From Alphaproteobacteria bacterium (GTDB lineage Bacteria > Pseudomonadota > Alphaproteobacteria > MPNO01 > UBA830): 64,000 nucleotides of DNA. The notes under the pieces are model-generated. The model was not told the DNA's origin and ran no database searches. It saw only the letters and a program-made list of their open reading frames with translations. Positions within the stretch are counted from its first letter, which is position 1. Each line of letters begins with the position of its first letter. Below are positions 51,050 to 62,860 of the stretch, piece after piece. The DNA lies in assembly GCA_964291215.2 (NCBI GenBank), contig OZ219790.1, positions 2,336,001 through 2,400,000 on the forward strand. Reading direction: 5' to 3'. The position numbers were made by a program, and so were the translations under genes.

Positions 51050-52758
51050 CTAGACCGAAGTTCCGGAAAATTCCGGCTGAAATGCACGTCAAGTCATTGA
51101 TACAGCGTGGTTTTTCGGATTTTTCGTGCGTCAGAATGTACCCATGTAATACGTTTTTGGGTGCTTGACATCCATGGATCTTGCGCTTATATGCAGTAGC
51201 CATGTATATCGAATCCGTCCCCAAGCGCTCGTCCCCGCCCGCCATCCTGCTCCGCGAGTCCTAGCGCAAAGCCGGAGCAGTCAAGAAGCGCACCCTCGCC
51301 AACCTTTCCAAGCCCGCTCTCATCGAGGGATTGCGCATTCTGCTCAAGGGAGGAACCGCAGGTCTCGACGACGCCTCGTCCGCTCCCTGCCCCATGTGGC
51401 CGCGGTGCTGGGAACCCTGAAGAAACTGGGCCGGCGGATCGACCCGAAGCCTTCTCCCGAGCGCGATCAGGTTCTCGCCATGATCGTGGCACGCATCCTC
51501 GAGCCCGCCTCGAAGCTGGCCAGGGGGATGGCCACAGCGGTCAGCACTCTGGGCGAGCTCCTCGATGCGGAGATGGACGAGGACGCCCTCTACGGCTCCT
51601 GGAACGTCAGGAGAGGATCCCCTGGCGGCACCTCGAAGAAGGCTGCCTGGTGCTCCTGACTTCCGTGTGGATGGAGGGGTGCCCCTTGGCCAGGCGAGGT
51701 CATTCCCGGGATGGCAAGAAGGGCAAGCTGCAGTCGGCCTTCTGTGCGACCGGGACGGGTGTCGGTGTTCCCCGGCAACACCCGGCGACGCTGTCCTCGC
51801 AGATCACCACGCTGCAGGAGCGGTTCTCCCTGGCGAAGGTGGTGCTGGTGGGGGACCGAGGCGCGCGAGGAGGTGAAGCCTGCGGGCCAGCGCCTTGAGG
51901 GGCATCCGTTCCCTGGTGGAGGCCGGCGATGTCGAGATGTCGCTCTTCGACGAGAGGGACTTGGTGGAGATCACCAGCGATGCGTATCCCGGCGAGCGCC
52001 TCTGCCGCAACCCGCTGCTGGCCGAGGACCGGAAGCGCCAGGAACTGCTCGAGGCCACCGAGGCTCGCACCGATTGCCGCAGCGAGACCAGCGCCGGGCG
52101 CCGGGAAGATCGGGGAGCGGAAGGTCATCGGCAGGATGGCCAAGCATTTCACGTGGTCCATCGACGACGAGGGGGTCTTCACCTATGGGCGCGATGCGGC
52201 TGCCATCGCCGCCGAGGCCCAGCTCGACGGCCTCTACGTGATCCGCCTGCCGCAGAGCGAGCTCGACGGTCCCGGCACGGTGCGGACCTACAAGCGGTTG
52301 AGCTCCGTGGAACGGACCTTCCGCAGCCTCAAGGACCTGAAGGTGCGCCCCGTCTACCACCGCACCCCGAGTCCGCGTCTTCCTGTGCATGCTCGCCTAC
52401 TACATGGCACATGCGACTGAAGCCCATGCTGTTCGACGACGAGGATGCCGAAGGCGGCCGTCCGTCGTGGCGCCGGCAGAAGTCTCGGCGAGCGCCCGGG
52501 CCAAGGCGGCCACAAAAAGGACGCCCGGAGGGGGCACAGCTTCCGCACCCTCATCGGCGATCTTGCGACCCGCAACACCGTGGCGCCCCGCCTTGCGGGC
52601 GCCGAACCCTTCCCGGTCACCACACGGCCCACGCCGCTCCAGAGAAGGGCTTTCAAGCTCCTGGGCGTGAAGCCATAGTGTACCCAGACCGCTGAAATTT
52701 ATTGAATGTGATTTCTATCAGGCACTTACGTCTGATCGGCTCTGGAACTTCAGCCTAG
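51050..52758 (+). mobile_element. IS1634-family element, degenerate transposase
   Basis: MYIESVP..SPPAILLRES..KKRTLANLS; LDGLYVIR..YKRLSSVERTFR; TIR CTAG(AC/GC)(C/T)GAAGTTCC with CTAG at both ends. Confidence 0.82.
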
Positions 52759-52795
52759 AGCGGCTGCAGAAGCAAGATCAGCTCGGAGAAGGCCC

Positions 52796-53866
52796 ATGAA
52801 ATATCGCGTGATGCTGGCCGGCGGCAAGGGATTTTGGGTCTTCCTCCACGTCGGGGCGCCGGGCAACGCCCCTTTGACGGCGCTCCTCGACGACTCGCCG
52901 GGGTCCGTCCGGTACGCCGGCCACCTCCTGAGCGACGTAGGGCCCGACCGGGATCCGCGGCGCGCCGCGGAGCTGGCGCGAAACTGGTTCTATCGCGGCG
53001 GGGCGAACGAGCACGAAATTGTCTCCGTCGAGGAGACCCGGATCCGCCCGCGGTCTGGCCAGACCAGGATCATGGTCGAGAATTGGGTCGACTACGACCT
53101 TATTCTGGGGAAACCGTTCGCGAGCGCCGCTCTCGTTCTCGAGTTCCGGGCCGAAGACATCCGGACCGGGCCGATCGTGCTCCGGACGGCCGAGATTGAC
53201 GGGATCCGCGGAGACACGGCGGCCGGCGATGCCTGGAAGGCCGCGACGGTGAGCATCGACGCGCAGCGGCCGGTCGGCGAGGAGTGCATGGCCGGGCGCG
53301 CGGCGGTCGGGGCAATAATCCACGACCTTCGCCCCAGGATCGAAGCCTGGTGGGAGCTGGACCAGGACGATCCGGACTGGACCCGCCGGGCGGACGAGTT
53401 CCGGGCCTGGTTCGCGGGGCGCGACTGGACCGATGGCCGCCGGCGGCGGGAACTGCGCGGCGTTTCCGCGCCTGAGCACTACGCGATCGCGTGCGACGGT
53501 CCTATCGTTATCGGTGACCTGATCCGCTGGGCGGAGAACGTGCTCTCCGAAGAGGAAGGCGCCCGACCGCCCGGCCCGCGGACGGTCGAAGGCGAGGTGC
53601 GCGGACACCGGGTCGCTACGGACGTTGCTGACGACACGCTTCTGATCCGGGTCGACGAGGCGGAGGGGGTCGACCCGCCCTGCCCCGACGACCTGCTGAC
53701 GCGCCGTCATCTGGACCTCCTGGAAATCGGATGCCGGCGCGCCGAGGTGGACGAGGCGGCGCGGGCGGCCCTGGTCACCCACAGCGAGACCGCTCGCGCG
53801 GCGGCCCGTGAGGGCGCTGAAATGGAGTGCGAGAAGCCTGAAAGCGTGGGGGGACATCTTCAATGA
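52796..53866 (+). CDS. Hypothetical protein (356 aa), island cargo
   Basis: ATGA-coupled to the reconstructed parB stop, GGAG RBS, protein-like composition; no family recognised. Confidence 0.6.
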   Translation: MKYRVMLAGGKGFWVFLHVGAPGNAPLTALLDDSPGSVRYAGHLLSDVGPDRDPRRAAELARNWFYRGGANEHEIVSVEETRIRPRSGQTRIMVENWVDYDLILGKPFASAALVLEFRAEDIRTGPIVLRTAEIDGIRGDTAAGDAWKAATVSIDAQRPVGEECMAGRAAVGAIIHDLRPRIEAWWELDQDDPDWTRRADEFRAWFAGRDWTDGRRRRELRGVSAPEHYAIACDGPIVIGDLIRWAENVLSEEEGARPPGPRTVEGEVRGHRVATDVADDTLLIRVDEAEGVDPPCPDDLLTRRHLDLLEIGCRRAEVDEAARAALVTHSETARAAAREGAEMECEKPESVGGHLQ

Positions 53867-53912
53867 CACCTTTGAAGAAAGGGGCGGCGGGTATAGAACA
53901 GGCGGGCGGCGC

Positions 53913-56900
53913 CTTTCAACTGAGCACTGTTAGGATTCTCGCCAAAATAGATTGTTTTTTGATGTGGATCTGCTATCTAATGTGTCATGGAAGCGATAGT
54001 CGATACGCTGCGATCCAAATTTGTGGTGTTGCGTCCGGTTCTGAACGAACGTGCGCGGCGCCTGTAGGCGGCGACGGAGGCCCGTGCCATCGGGCGCGGA
54101 GGCATTGCGCGAGTGGCTGAGGCGACGGGGATGTCGCGCAGCACCGTTCGCGCCGGGCTGAAGGAGCTTGATTCGGAATCTTCGAGTGAGATTCCTTCAG
54201 GACGTTTGCGTCGCCCCGGCGGCGGGCGCAAGCGGGTGGCGGATGTGGATCCGGGTTTGGTGGCGGCGCTGGAGCGCGAGCTTGAACCGATGACGCGCGG
54301 CGATCCGGAGAGTCCGCTGCGGTGTCACAGTGCCGCACGGCTGGCGGACCGTCTTGCGGTCGAGGGCCACCGCGTCAGCGAGCGCACGGTGAACCGGCTG
54401 CTCCACGATCTGGGGTACAGCCTCCAGGCCAATCGCAAGACGCTGGAAGGCCGCCAGCCCGGGATGCGCAGTTCCGACGCGCCGGGTGCGCGCGTTCCAG
54501 AGGCTGGGCCAGCCTGTGGTGACACGAAGAAGAAGGAAATCCAGTACCGCAATGGCGGCCGGGCCCCAAGGGCGACCCTGAAGCCGTCAACGTGCATGAC
54601 TTCCCCAATCCAGAGCTCGGCAAGGCGATCCCCTACGGGGTCTACGATCTCACCGCCAACGCCGGCTGGGTCAGCGTCGGACACGACACGGCGGCGTTCG
54701 CGGTTGAGACCCTGCGCCGCTGGTGGCGGCAGATGGGCCGGCTGCTCTATCCCGATGCCAAGCGCCTGCTGATCACCGCCGACGGCTCCAACAACAGCCG
54801 CAACCGGCTGTGGAAGCTGCAGCACCTCGCCGACGAACTCGGGTTGAAGGTGTCGGTGGCCCACTTCCCGCCCGGAACCAGCAAGTGGAACAAGATCGAG
54901 CACCGGATGTTCTGCCATATCACCCAGAACTGGCGCGGCCGGCCCCTCGTCAGCTACCAGGTGATCGTCAAGCTGATCGCCGCGACCACCACCGGCGCCG
55001 GCCTCACCATACGCTCGGACCTCGACGAGAACAGCTATCCGCTCGGGGTCAAGGTCAGCGACGATGAGATGGACGGCCTCGCCATCCGCAGAGACCCGTT
55101 CCACGGCGAGTGGAACTACACCCTCACGCCACGGACATAACGAACATATTATTTTGGCGAGAGTCCTTAACTCGAATCGACTGACGCCGTATATACGGTT
55201 CCATGAGAATCGGCCTGCGACATTATGGCGACGAGACGGTTGACTGGCTGAAGGCACGGCTTGGCGCCGGGGATTGCACGCGGACCTTCCTGGCACGTGA
55301 GCTCTGCGAGCGTGAGGACTGGCGGAACGCGAAGGGCGAACTATGCCTCGGCCGCGCTTCCAAAGTTCTCCGCCGCACTCGATCTGCCTCTGCCGGAGGC
55401 TCGGTGACCCCGGAGTCCCTGGCCCCATCGCCGGATTATCCCGACAAGCACCTGTCATGCCGTCTCGGCGATCTTGGCGAGGTGGTTCCGGTTGCCGACG
55501 AGGACAAGTCGCTGGCGCGGTCGATGATGGCATCGCATCATCCCGAGGGCGATGCGGTCTGTCCCGGCGGGCGCATCCGCTACTGGATTCTCTCGTCCCT
55601 GCACGGCGTCCTCGGCGGCCTGGCGCTGCGTCCTGGCATCACAAAGCGCGGGACCTCCACATCGGCTGGCGGCGCGGGACGCTAACATCGGGCAGGTTGT
55701 CAACAATGACAGGTTTCTTCTGCTTCCCGGCGTCCGCGTCCATGGGCTTGCGTCCGTGGCGCTGTCGCTGTTCCATGGTCGCGTGGCGGACGACTGGGAG
55801 GAGCGCTACGGTGTTCGCCTAGCGTACAGCTACGTGAGTGCGGAGCATACGGGCCAGAGCTACCGTGCGGCGGTGTGCTGTCGGGAGCCGGACAAAGGGC
55901 CCCGGTTGCGGGTGTACGTGAAGCCGCTGTCGGCGGACTGGTCTCTCGGGCGGGCCGGGTGATCGGTTCAGGCCCGCGTCAAGGGAGGATGCGACATGGG
56001 CCGAGATGGAGTACGGACGGAGTGCGCACAGCGACGCGCGCAAGCGCCTTGTCACGATGGGCGAGGCTTGGTGCGGTCGTCCGGGTGCACCGATAATCTT
56101 TCCCGGCGAGGCGGAGCAGCAGGCGGCTTACAGGTTCCTGTCGAACCCGAGGATTGGCATGCGAGACATCCTTGAGCCGCATCAGGAGGCGATGCGTTGC
56201 CGCAGCCAGTCTGTCGTGCTTGCGGTTCAGGACACGACGATGCTGAACTACAGCGAGGCGACGCAGGGCCTTGTCGACATCGGCGGCTCTGGAAGCAAGG
56301 GGCTCATGTCGGCGTTGCGTTCAGCGGCTGCGCACTGGGGGTATTCAGCCTTGATTCCGTGCGGAGGACAAGGCAACGGCGGGCGAGGAAAGCGGACGGA
56401 CGCCTTCGCCAAGTCCGCCGAGCTGGCCTGTCCACAAACTCGCTCGTCTGCGACCGTGAGGGCGACATGTGGTCTCTTCTGTCGGAGGCCTCCGCGCCCG
56501 GCGGCTCCTGGTCCGCGCCAGCCGTTCGGGCGGGCCATCACGGCGGACGGCAAGGTCAGGGACCTGTTCGCGGCCGAATTGGATGTCGTCGCGGAGAAGA
56601 CGATCGACCTGTGGCGGCCCCCGGACGCGCAAGGGGCGCAAGAACATCAAGCTGGAGCTGCGGGCCGGTCCCGTCGACCTCGTCCCGCCCTAGGCACGGC
56701 CCCACTCACCATGCTTGCAGTGCGCGTCCTGGAGAAGACGCCGCCGACAGGACCGGCTGGTTGCTCTTGACCACCGAATGTGAGCCCACGCAGGAGAACG
56801 CGATCCCCATCGTCACCTGGAAACGCTGGCTGAGAGTGGTTCGCGGCCGTCAAGACCGGAACGCGGATCAAGGGGCTCAACGCCGCCGACGACCTGAGGA

Positions 56901-57235
56901 AGTGCCTCGCCTGCCATTACTGCATGCACCGTCATGTCTGTCGAGCGCCTCGCGCGGAGCGCATGCCGGCGCGCACGATCGTCCACGAGGACGAGATCCA
57001 TGTCCTCGCCGTCCACATACCGAACCACCGCAGGCAACGCGGTCCACCCGACCCGGATCAGGCGATCGCGGAGTTCGCCGTCAACACCGCGCGCCTCGCC
57101 GGATTCATCTCGTCGAAGCGCCAGCCCATGCCGGGCACCCACAAACTCTGGGAAGGATACCTGATCTTGTTCACTGAAAACTACCGGGCTATGCGCGACT
57201 ACGCCAACATCGAGTTGACAGTGTACCATTGAAAG
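53913..57235 (+). mobile_element. IS4-family (Tn5/IS50-like) element with N-terminal DUF4338 region, degenerate
   Basis: 9-bp TSD GGGCGGCGC; TIR CTTTCAA..CACTGT.AACTCGA; motifs AAYRFLSN, LAVQDTT.LNY, VCDREGD, WLLLTT, ARLAGF..PG..LWEG. Confidence 0.85.
53933..55166 (+). mobile_element. ISAzo13-family element nested in the left TIR of the IS4 element
   Basis: TIR GGA(T/C)TCTCGCCAAAATA; 3-bp TSD TTA; HDF..GKAIPYGVYD, HFPPGTSKWNKIEHR, FHGEWNY. Confidence 0.88.
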
Positions 57236-57393
57236 GGGCGGCGCCCCTCTGGCGGCGTGAGACAGGAGACGTCATGGAGCCACCGCACCAGCGCCGCTGC
57301 ACCATCTATGCCCGCTATTGCTCGAGCCTGCAGAACCCGCGTTCCATCGAAGATCAAATCCATCTTTGCCGACAGAAAACCCTCAATGAGGGC

Positions 57394-57413
57394 GGGGGGG
57401 GGGGGGGGGGGGG
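57394..57413 (+). repeat. G20 homopolymer in the recombinase 5' region
   Basis: 20 consecutive G. Confidence 0.8.
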
Positions 57414-57656
57414 AGAGATCGCCGTCTATGTCGACCGTGCCGAAAGCGGGACGTCGATGCACGAGCGCGAAGGCCTGCAGCAGCTCCTGCGCGACGTGCG
57501 GGCGGGGAAGATCGATGTCGTCGTCGCGGAGGCTCTCGACCGCCTCAGCCGGGACCTCGCGGATCTCGCCGCGATATGCAAGCGGCTGCGTTTCCAGGAC
57601 ATCACGCTCGTGACTGTCGAAGAAGGCGAGATCGGACCGTTTCACGTCTCCCTCAA

Positions 57657-60600
57657 CCCAAGTTGGCACTTTTTGCGACTTGGAATTTTTATCACGTTGC
57701 GCGATTTTTTGTCGGCCGATTTCAACATGGCACGTAACTGCTCACCCCCTGGTTCCGGCTTGATGTCGGGGTAGAGCAACGAACGGGTTTTCGTGGAGAT
57801 TTGACACTGCAGGCCGATTCGTTTAGTGGTGGTAATCGAGAACGACGGGGACCGCCAGTGGGCTACTTTGGATCGAAGGCGACGAGCGGGCTGTGCCAGC
57901 TGCTTCCGGGGCTCCAGCCCCCGCATGATCTGTATGTGGAAACGCATCTCGGAAGCGGCGCGCTGATGCCGGGTGATGGCGACGGGCGGCGCGCGAGGAG
58001 TTCGAAGCGGCCAAGACCGCGGCGCTGCCGGCAAGGTGGCGGAAGAGGCCGTGATCCGCGTCCTCGTCATCCTGCTCGACATCCTCATCGTCGTCCTTCT
58101 GGAGAAGACCACGCACGAGCCGGAACTCCGGTCTGCCGCCGTCACAGACGGACAAGAGCGTGCCGGGAGCAAGGGCCCGAAGCCGAACCGGCAGATGGGC
58201 GACAACCTGCGCAAGATCATCGTCGAGGAGACGGTCGCGGCCTGCGGCGCCGACATCGACGGCCCCGTCGATCGGGAGCGCCGCACGACATCGTGTTCGA
58301 GGTCGTCGAGCGCCGCGCCGAGATCAAGGAATGCCCGAAGTGCAAGGCCCGGGGCCGGTTCCCCGACAACATCCCGTGCAGTACGGCATCCAGGCCCTCG
58401 TCATCAACCTGCTGGTCGCCCAAATGCTGTCCCTGCGCCGTCGCGTTCGTGCAGGCGATCTCCGGCATCAAGCTCTCCGAGGCAACCTGCCTCAGCTATG
58501 CTTTCACGATGCGTCATGGGAGGAGGCCGCCGTGGCGCACCTCCTGCAACGCCCAGCCCTGCATGTCGACGAGACCGGATTTCGGATCAACAGTAAGTGG
58601 CTTCATGTCGTGGGACCCTGACGTGCAAGTTCCCGCACCGCAAGCGCGGCCGGGAGGCAAGAGATCGGCATCATCCCGTGCTACAAGGGCGTCCTGGGCC
58701 TCGTACATGGGCCAGTGTAGCCACCAGCTGTGCGGTAGCCACCTGCTGCGCGAACTGACCTTTGTCGTCGAGGCTACCGCTGGGCGCGACTGATGAAGAG
58801 CCTGCTCCGCGAGGTCTGCCACAAGGTCAACAAGAGCGCATCCAAGACCCTGAACGACGCCGGGCCGTGCGCAAGCGCTACCGCACCATCAGGGCGCCAG
58901 AGAACTGCCCGACATCCCGCCGACGACGAAAGGAAAACGTGGACGCAAGTCCGACGCGCACAACCTGCACGAACGTCTCGTGAAACACGAAAAGTCCGTT
59001 TTGCGCTTCATAGACAACCCCGATGTCAGCTTCACCAACAATGCCGGAGAACAGAAAATCAGGATGGCAAAGGTCAAGGTGTCCGGATGCTTCCGCACCA
59101 TGCTCCACGCAAAAGCATGGTGCCGGGGCTCAAGCTACCTCACCTCCATGGCCGCACTCGGCTACAATCATCACGTCGCAACCCAGATCGCCCTCGACGG
59201 AAATGCCGCAGACATCATCAACGAGCACTACGACCAATCAGAACCCAACTAGGGGTGAGTAGATACCATGGCACTACATTCCGTTGAATTCTGTCAGCTT
59301 GTGAGGCGGCTCCTCGTGCGGCGGGTTCGACACCAGCCGCCGAGGAGATTTCGGCGACCTCGGCGGTGCGTGTCCTGTCGGTTGACAATCAATGCGCGCA
59401 GGGGCGTGGTGACCCTGGTTCCGCATGCTCTCGCGGATTGATGTCCGGCACTTGTCGATGCCCCGCGCGGGGATCAGATGCACCGCGGCGAGCACGGCGA
59501 TCAACAGGTGGGCGGCGATGCGCTGGCCGGGCGCAATCCAAGCTCGGATTTCAATGAACGGAAGGTGGCCTCGATATCCATGTCCTGAGGACGGTCTCGA
59601 TATCCCGGTCGCTGGTGCGCAGGCGCCCGTGTTGTCTTGTCGTCTGTGGCTGAAGCGCACGGCCGTTGCGTTGGCGCCGGCCTTCTCGACGGTGATCTCG
59701 TAGTGCCGGGCGACGGTGGAGAAGCGCTGCCTGAGACCGCTCTCCGGCACCTTGTCGTGGCGCCGGCCCTTGGCCGAGAGGTGGAGCTTTGCCGCCTCGA
59801 AGCCCTGCGGCCAGGAATGCCGTCCTCGCCCTCTTCCTGCTCTTGCTGACCATGTAGAGCCGCGCCATCCTTGCTGGCAAGGCGCCTGCACCTCGTGGTT
59901 GGTGATCAGCCTCGGGCCCACCCTCGGGCGGCGCCGCCCGCGATCCAGCCGTGCTCACCACGCGATGTTCGCCTCGGTGGCGGCGTCCATGACTGCCGTC
60001 GGCTTCGCCGCCGGGCCGCCTCCAGCCTCGACAGCGCGTCCTCCAGCGTACCGGGTTCGCTCACGTTGCCCCGCAAGACCTCGCAACTGCGCCGAAAGCC
60101 CGCGCCGCGCAAGCGTGGGGCAATCATTGCGCTTCTGCTTCGAGCGCCCGAAGCGGGGGAGCTTGCCGTCGGCGCGGCCGTGAACATTGGTGAGGTCGTA
60201 AAAGGCGATGGTGTCGGGGATGCAGCGCGCGCTCGTGGTTGAACAGTTCTTTCCGGATGGCGGTCCGGTGACGCAGGTCGCCGATGCGGTACAGCGTCTT
60301 GCGCGCCTTGCCCTCCAGATCGAAGCTCCGCGGTCACGCTGTCATCGCGCAGCCAGCGCTCGCTGGCGGATCATCCTGGCGACGATCAGCGCACTCGTGA
60401 TGCCGAGGTCGTGAAGCCGAGATCGCGCCTCGAGGCACAGGCCAGCCGACCGAGCGCGGGTTCTCGAGGCTGTCGAGGTTGACGGTCGCAATTTGCGTGC
60501 GTCTTCCTCCGGAGCGTCGGCGCGAAACCTCCGGGCCCTTGTTGACGATGTTCTGCGGCCTGCACGCGGCTTCGAACAGCGGCGGGCGGCCAGCGCTTCG

Positions 60601-60971
60601 GCGGCAACCTCCTTCCAGTTCTTGCGCGCCGCCGGACAGTCGGTGCCGAGGCAGCGTGCGCTGCCTGACCTTGTCGCCGATGCGCTGAGAAAGCACGAGC
60701 CGGTGGACGGGTTTGCCGTCTGCGGTGCTGTGGGTTTTGGTTGCCCTGATGAACATGTTGTCTGGAGCCTTTTGTGTTGACGAGGCTCTGGATATACCGG
60801 GTTTGGCGGCGGGGTCGAGCGAATCTGCAATATCCTGGACTACAGCGCCCACCCCGGACACGCAATCAAAAATATAGTGGGTTCAAGAAAAAGGCCAACA
60901 ATATATAGTATGTCGAACGGGGCGGCCGCATAAATTTCGCCTTCGACTGACGCAAAAAGTGCCAACTTGGG
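57657..60971 (-). mobile_element. IS1634-like element (degenerate) carrying a nested IS66-type copy
   Basis: 21-bp TIR CCCAAGTTGGCACTTTTTGCG; TSD TCAA; N-terminus MFIRATKT..HRLV.SQRIGDKVRQRTL. Confidence 0.78.
57734..59266 (+). mobile_element. IS66-family element copy A (degenerate)
   Basis: TIR GTA(A/T)CT(G/A)CTCACCCC; 8-bp TSD CATGGCAC; HVDETGFRI, HQLCGSHLLREL, FTNNAGEQ.IRM.KVKVSGCFR. Confidence 0.88.
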
Positions 60972-61351
60972 TCAAGGGGGTGATGGCCGAGGACTACGTC
61001 AGGAGCCAGGCGCTGAAGACAGTGCGGGGCATGCAGGGAAATATCCGCGAAGGCCGGGCGGCCGGCGGCATAAGCTACGGATACCGGGTGCACCACCGTG
61101 TCGGAGAGGACGGCAAGATCGTGCGGGGGCACCGCGAAGTCGACCTCGAGCAGGCAGAAGTGGTGCGCCGAATCTACAATGGTACGCGGCGGGCAGGAGT
61201 ACGCGCTGGATTGCGGGTCAGCTCAATGCGGAAGGGATCCCGGCGCCAGGGGGCGGAATCTGGAAAGCTGTGACGATAAACGGAAACCGCGGGCGGAAGA
61301 CCGGAATCCTGCAGAACGAGCTGTACCGCGGGCGGTTGATATTCGGCCGAA

Positions 61352-62860
61352 GTATCTACTCACCCCTTGTTGGGTTCTGATTCATAGTGCTCGTTGATGA
61401 TGTCTGCGGCTTTTCCGTCGAGGGCGATCTGGGTGGCGACGAGTGGGTTGTAGCCGAGTGCGGCCATGGAGGTGAGGTAGCTTGAGCTCCGGCACCATGC
61501 TTTTGCGTGGAGCGGAAGCATCCGGACACCTTGACCTTTGCCATCCTGATCTTCTGTTCTCCGGCATTGTTGGTGAAGCTGACGTTGGGGTCGTCTGTGA
61601 AGCGCAGGTTTTCGTGTTTCACGAGACGTTCGTGCAGGTTGTGCGCGTTTGCGTCCACGTTTTCCTTTCGGCGGGATGTCGGGCAGTTCCCTGGCGCCCT
61701 GATGGTGCGGTAGCGCTTGCGCCCGGCGTCGTTCAGGGTCTTGGATGCGCTCTTGTTGACCTTGTGGCAGACCTCGCGGAGCAGGCTCTTCATCAGTCGC
61801 GCGGTAGCCTCGACGACAAAGGTCAGTTCGCGCAGCAGGTGGCTGCCGCACAGCTGGTGGCTACACTGGCCCATGTACGAGGCCCAGCAGTCAGGACGCC
61901 CTTGTAGCACGGGCCGATCTCTTGCCTCCCGGCCGCGCTTGCGGTGCGGGAACTTGCACGTCAGGGTCCCACGACATGGAGCCACTTACTGTTGATCCGA
62001 AATCCGGTCTCGTCGACATGCAGGGCTGGGCGTTGCAGGAGGTGCGCCACGGCGGCCTCCTCCCATGACGCATCGTGAAAGCATAGCTGAGGCAGGTTGC
62101 CTCGGAGAGCTTGATGCCGGAGATCGCCTGCACGAGCGCGACGGCACGGCGCAGGGACAGCATCTGGGCGACCAGCAGGTTGATGACGAGGGCCTGAATG
62201 CCGATGCCGTACTGCACGGGATGTTGTCGGGGAACCGGCCCTTGCACTTCGGGCATTCCTCGGCGCGGCGCTCGACGACCTCGAACACGATGTCGTGCGG
62301 CGCTCCCGATCGACGGGGCCGTCGATGTCAGCGCCGCAGGCGTCGCAGGCCGCGACCGTCTCCTCGACGATGGTCTTGCGCAGGTTGTCGCCCATCTGCC
62401 GGTTCGGCTTCGGGCCCTTGCTCCCGGCACGCTCTTGTCCGTCTGTGACGGCGGCAGACCGGAGTTCCGGCTCGTGCGTAGTCTTCTCCAGAAGGACGAC
62501 GATGAGGATGTCGAGCAGGATGACGAGGACGCGGATCACGGCCTCTTCCGCCACCTTGCCGGCCGCACGCAGCGCCTTGGCCGCTTCGAACTCCTCGCGC
62601 GCCGCCCGTCGCCATCACCCGGCCTTGCGCTTCATCAGCGCGCCGCCTCCGAGATGCGTTTCCACATACAGATCATGCGGAGCCCCGGAAGCAGCTGGCA
62701 CAGCCCGCTCGTCGCCTTCGATCCAAAGTAGCCCACTGGCGGTCCCCGTCGTTCTCGATGACCATCACTAAGCGAATCGGCATGCAGTGTCAAATCTCCA
62801 CGAAAACCCGTTCGTTACTCTACCCCGACATCAAGCCGAAACCAGGGGGTGAGCAGTTAC
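61352..62860 (-). mobile_element. IS66-family element copy B (degenerate, inverted relative to A)
   Basis: Same TIRs; 8-bp TSD CGGCCGAA; closely similar to copy A. Confidence 0.88.

Larger units (their letters stand above)
49497..52799 (+). pseudogene. parB: ParB-like protein interrupted by two insertions
   Basis: IAESI.EIGLQSPIAV..YRLVAGAHR..EIDENL.R; frame resumes after 50690 (HTH FAEEAQQRTGMSRRGVFR) and after 52758 (FLERLQK..GP*). Confidence 0.82.

Noticed and set aside
55203-55962. Druantia defence system
   Set aside because: The DruA-like region lies inside IS ends; no DruE helicase or other dru genes are present.
57734-62860. Composite transposon or invertible segment bounded by the inverted IS66 copies
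   Set aside because: Each copy has its own matching 8-bp TSD and the recombinase pieces remain collinear, indicating independent insertions without inversion.
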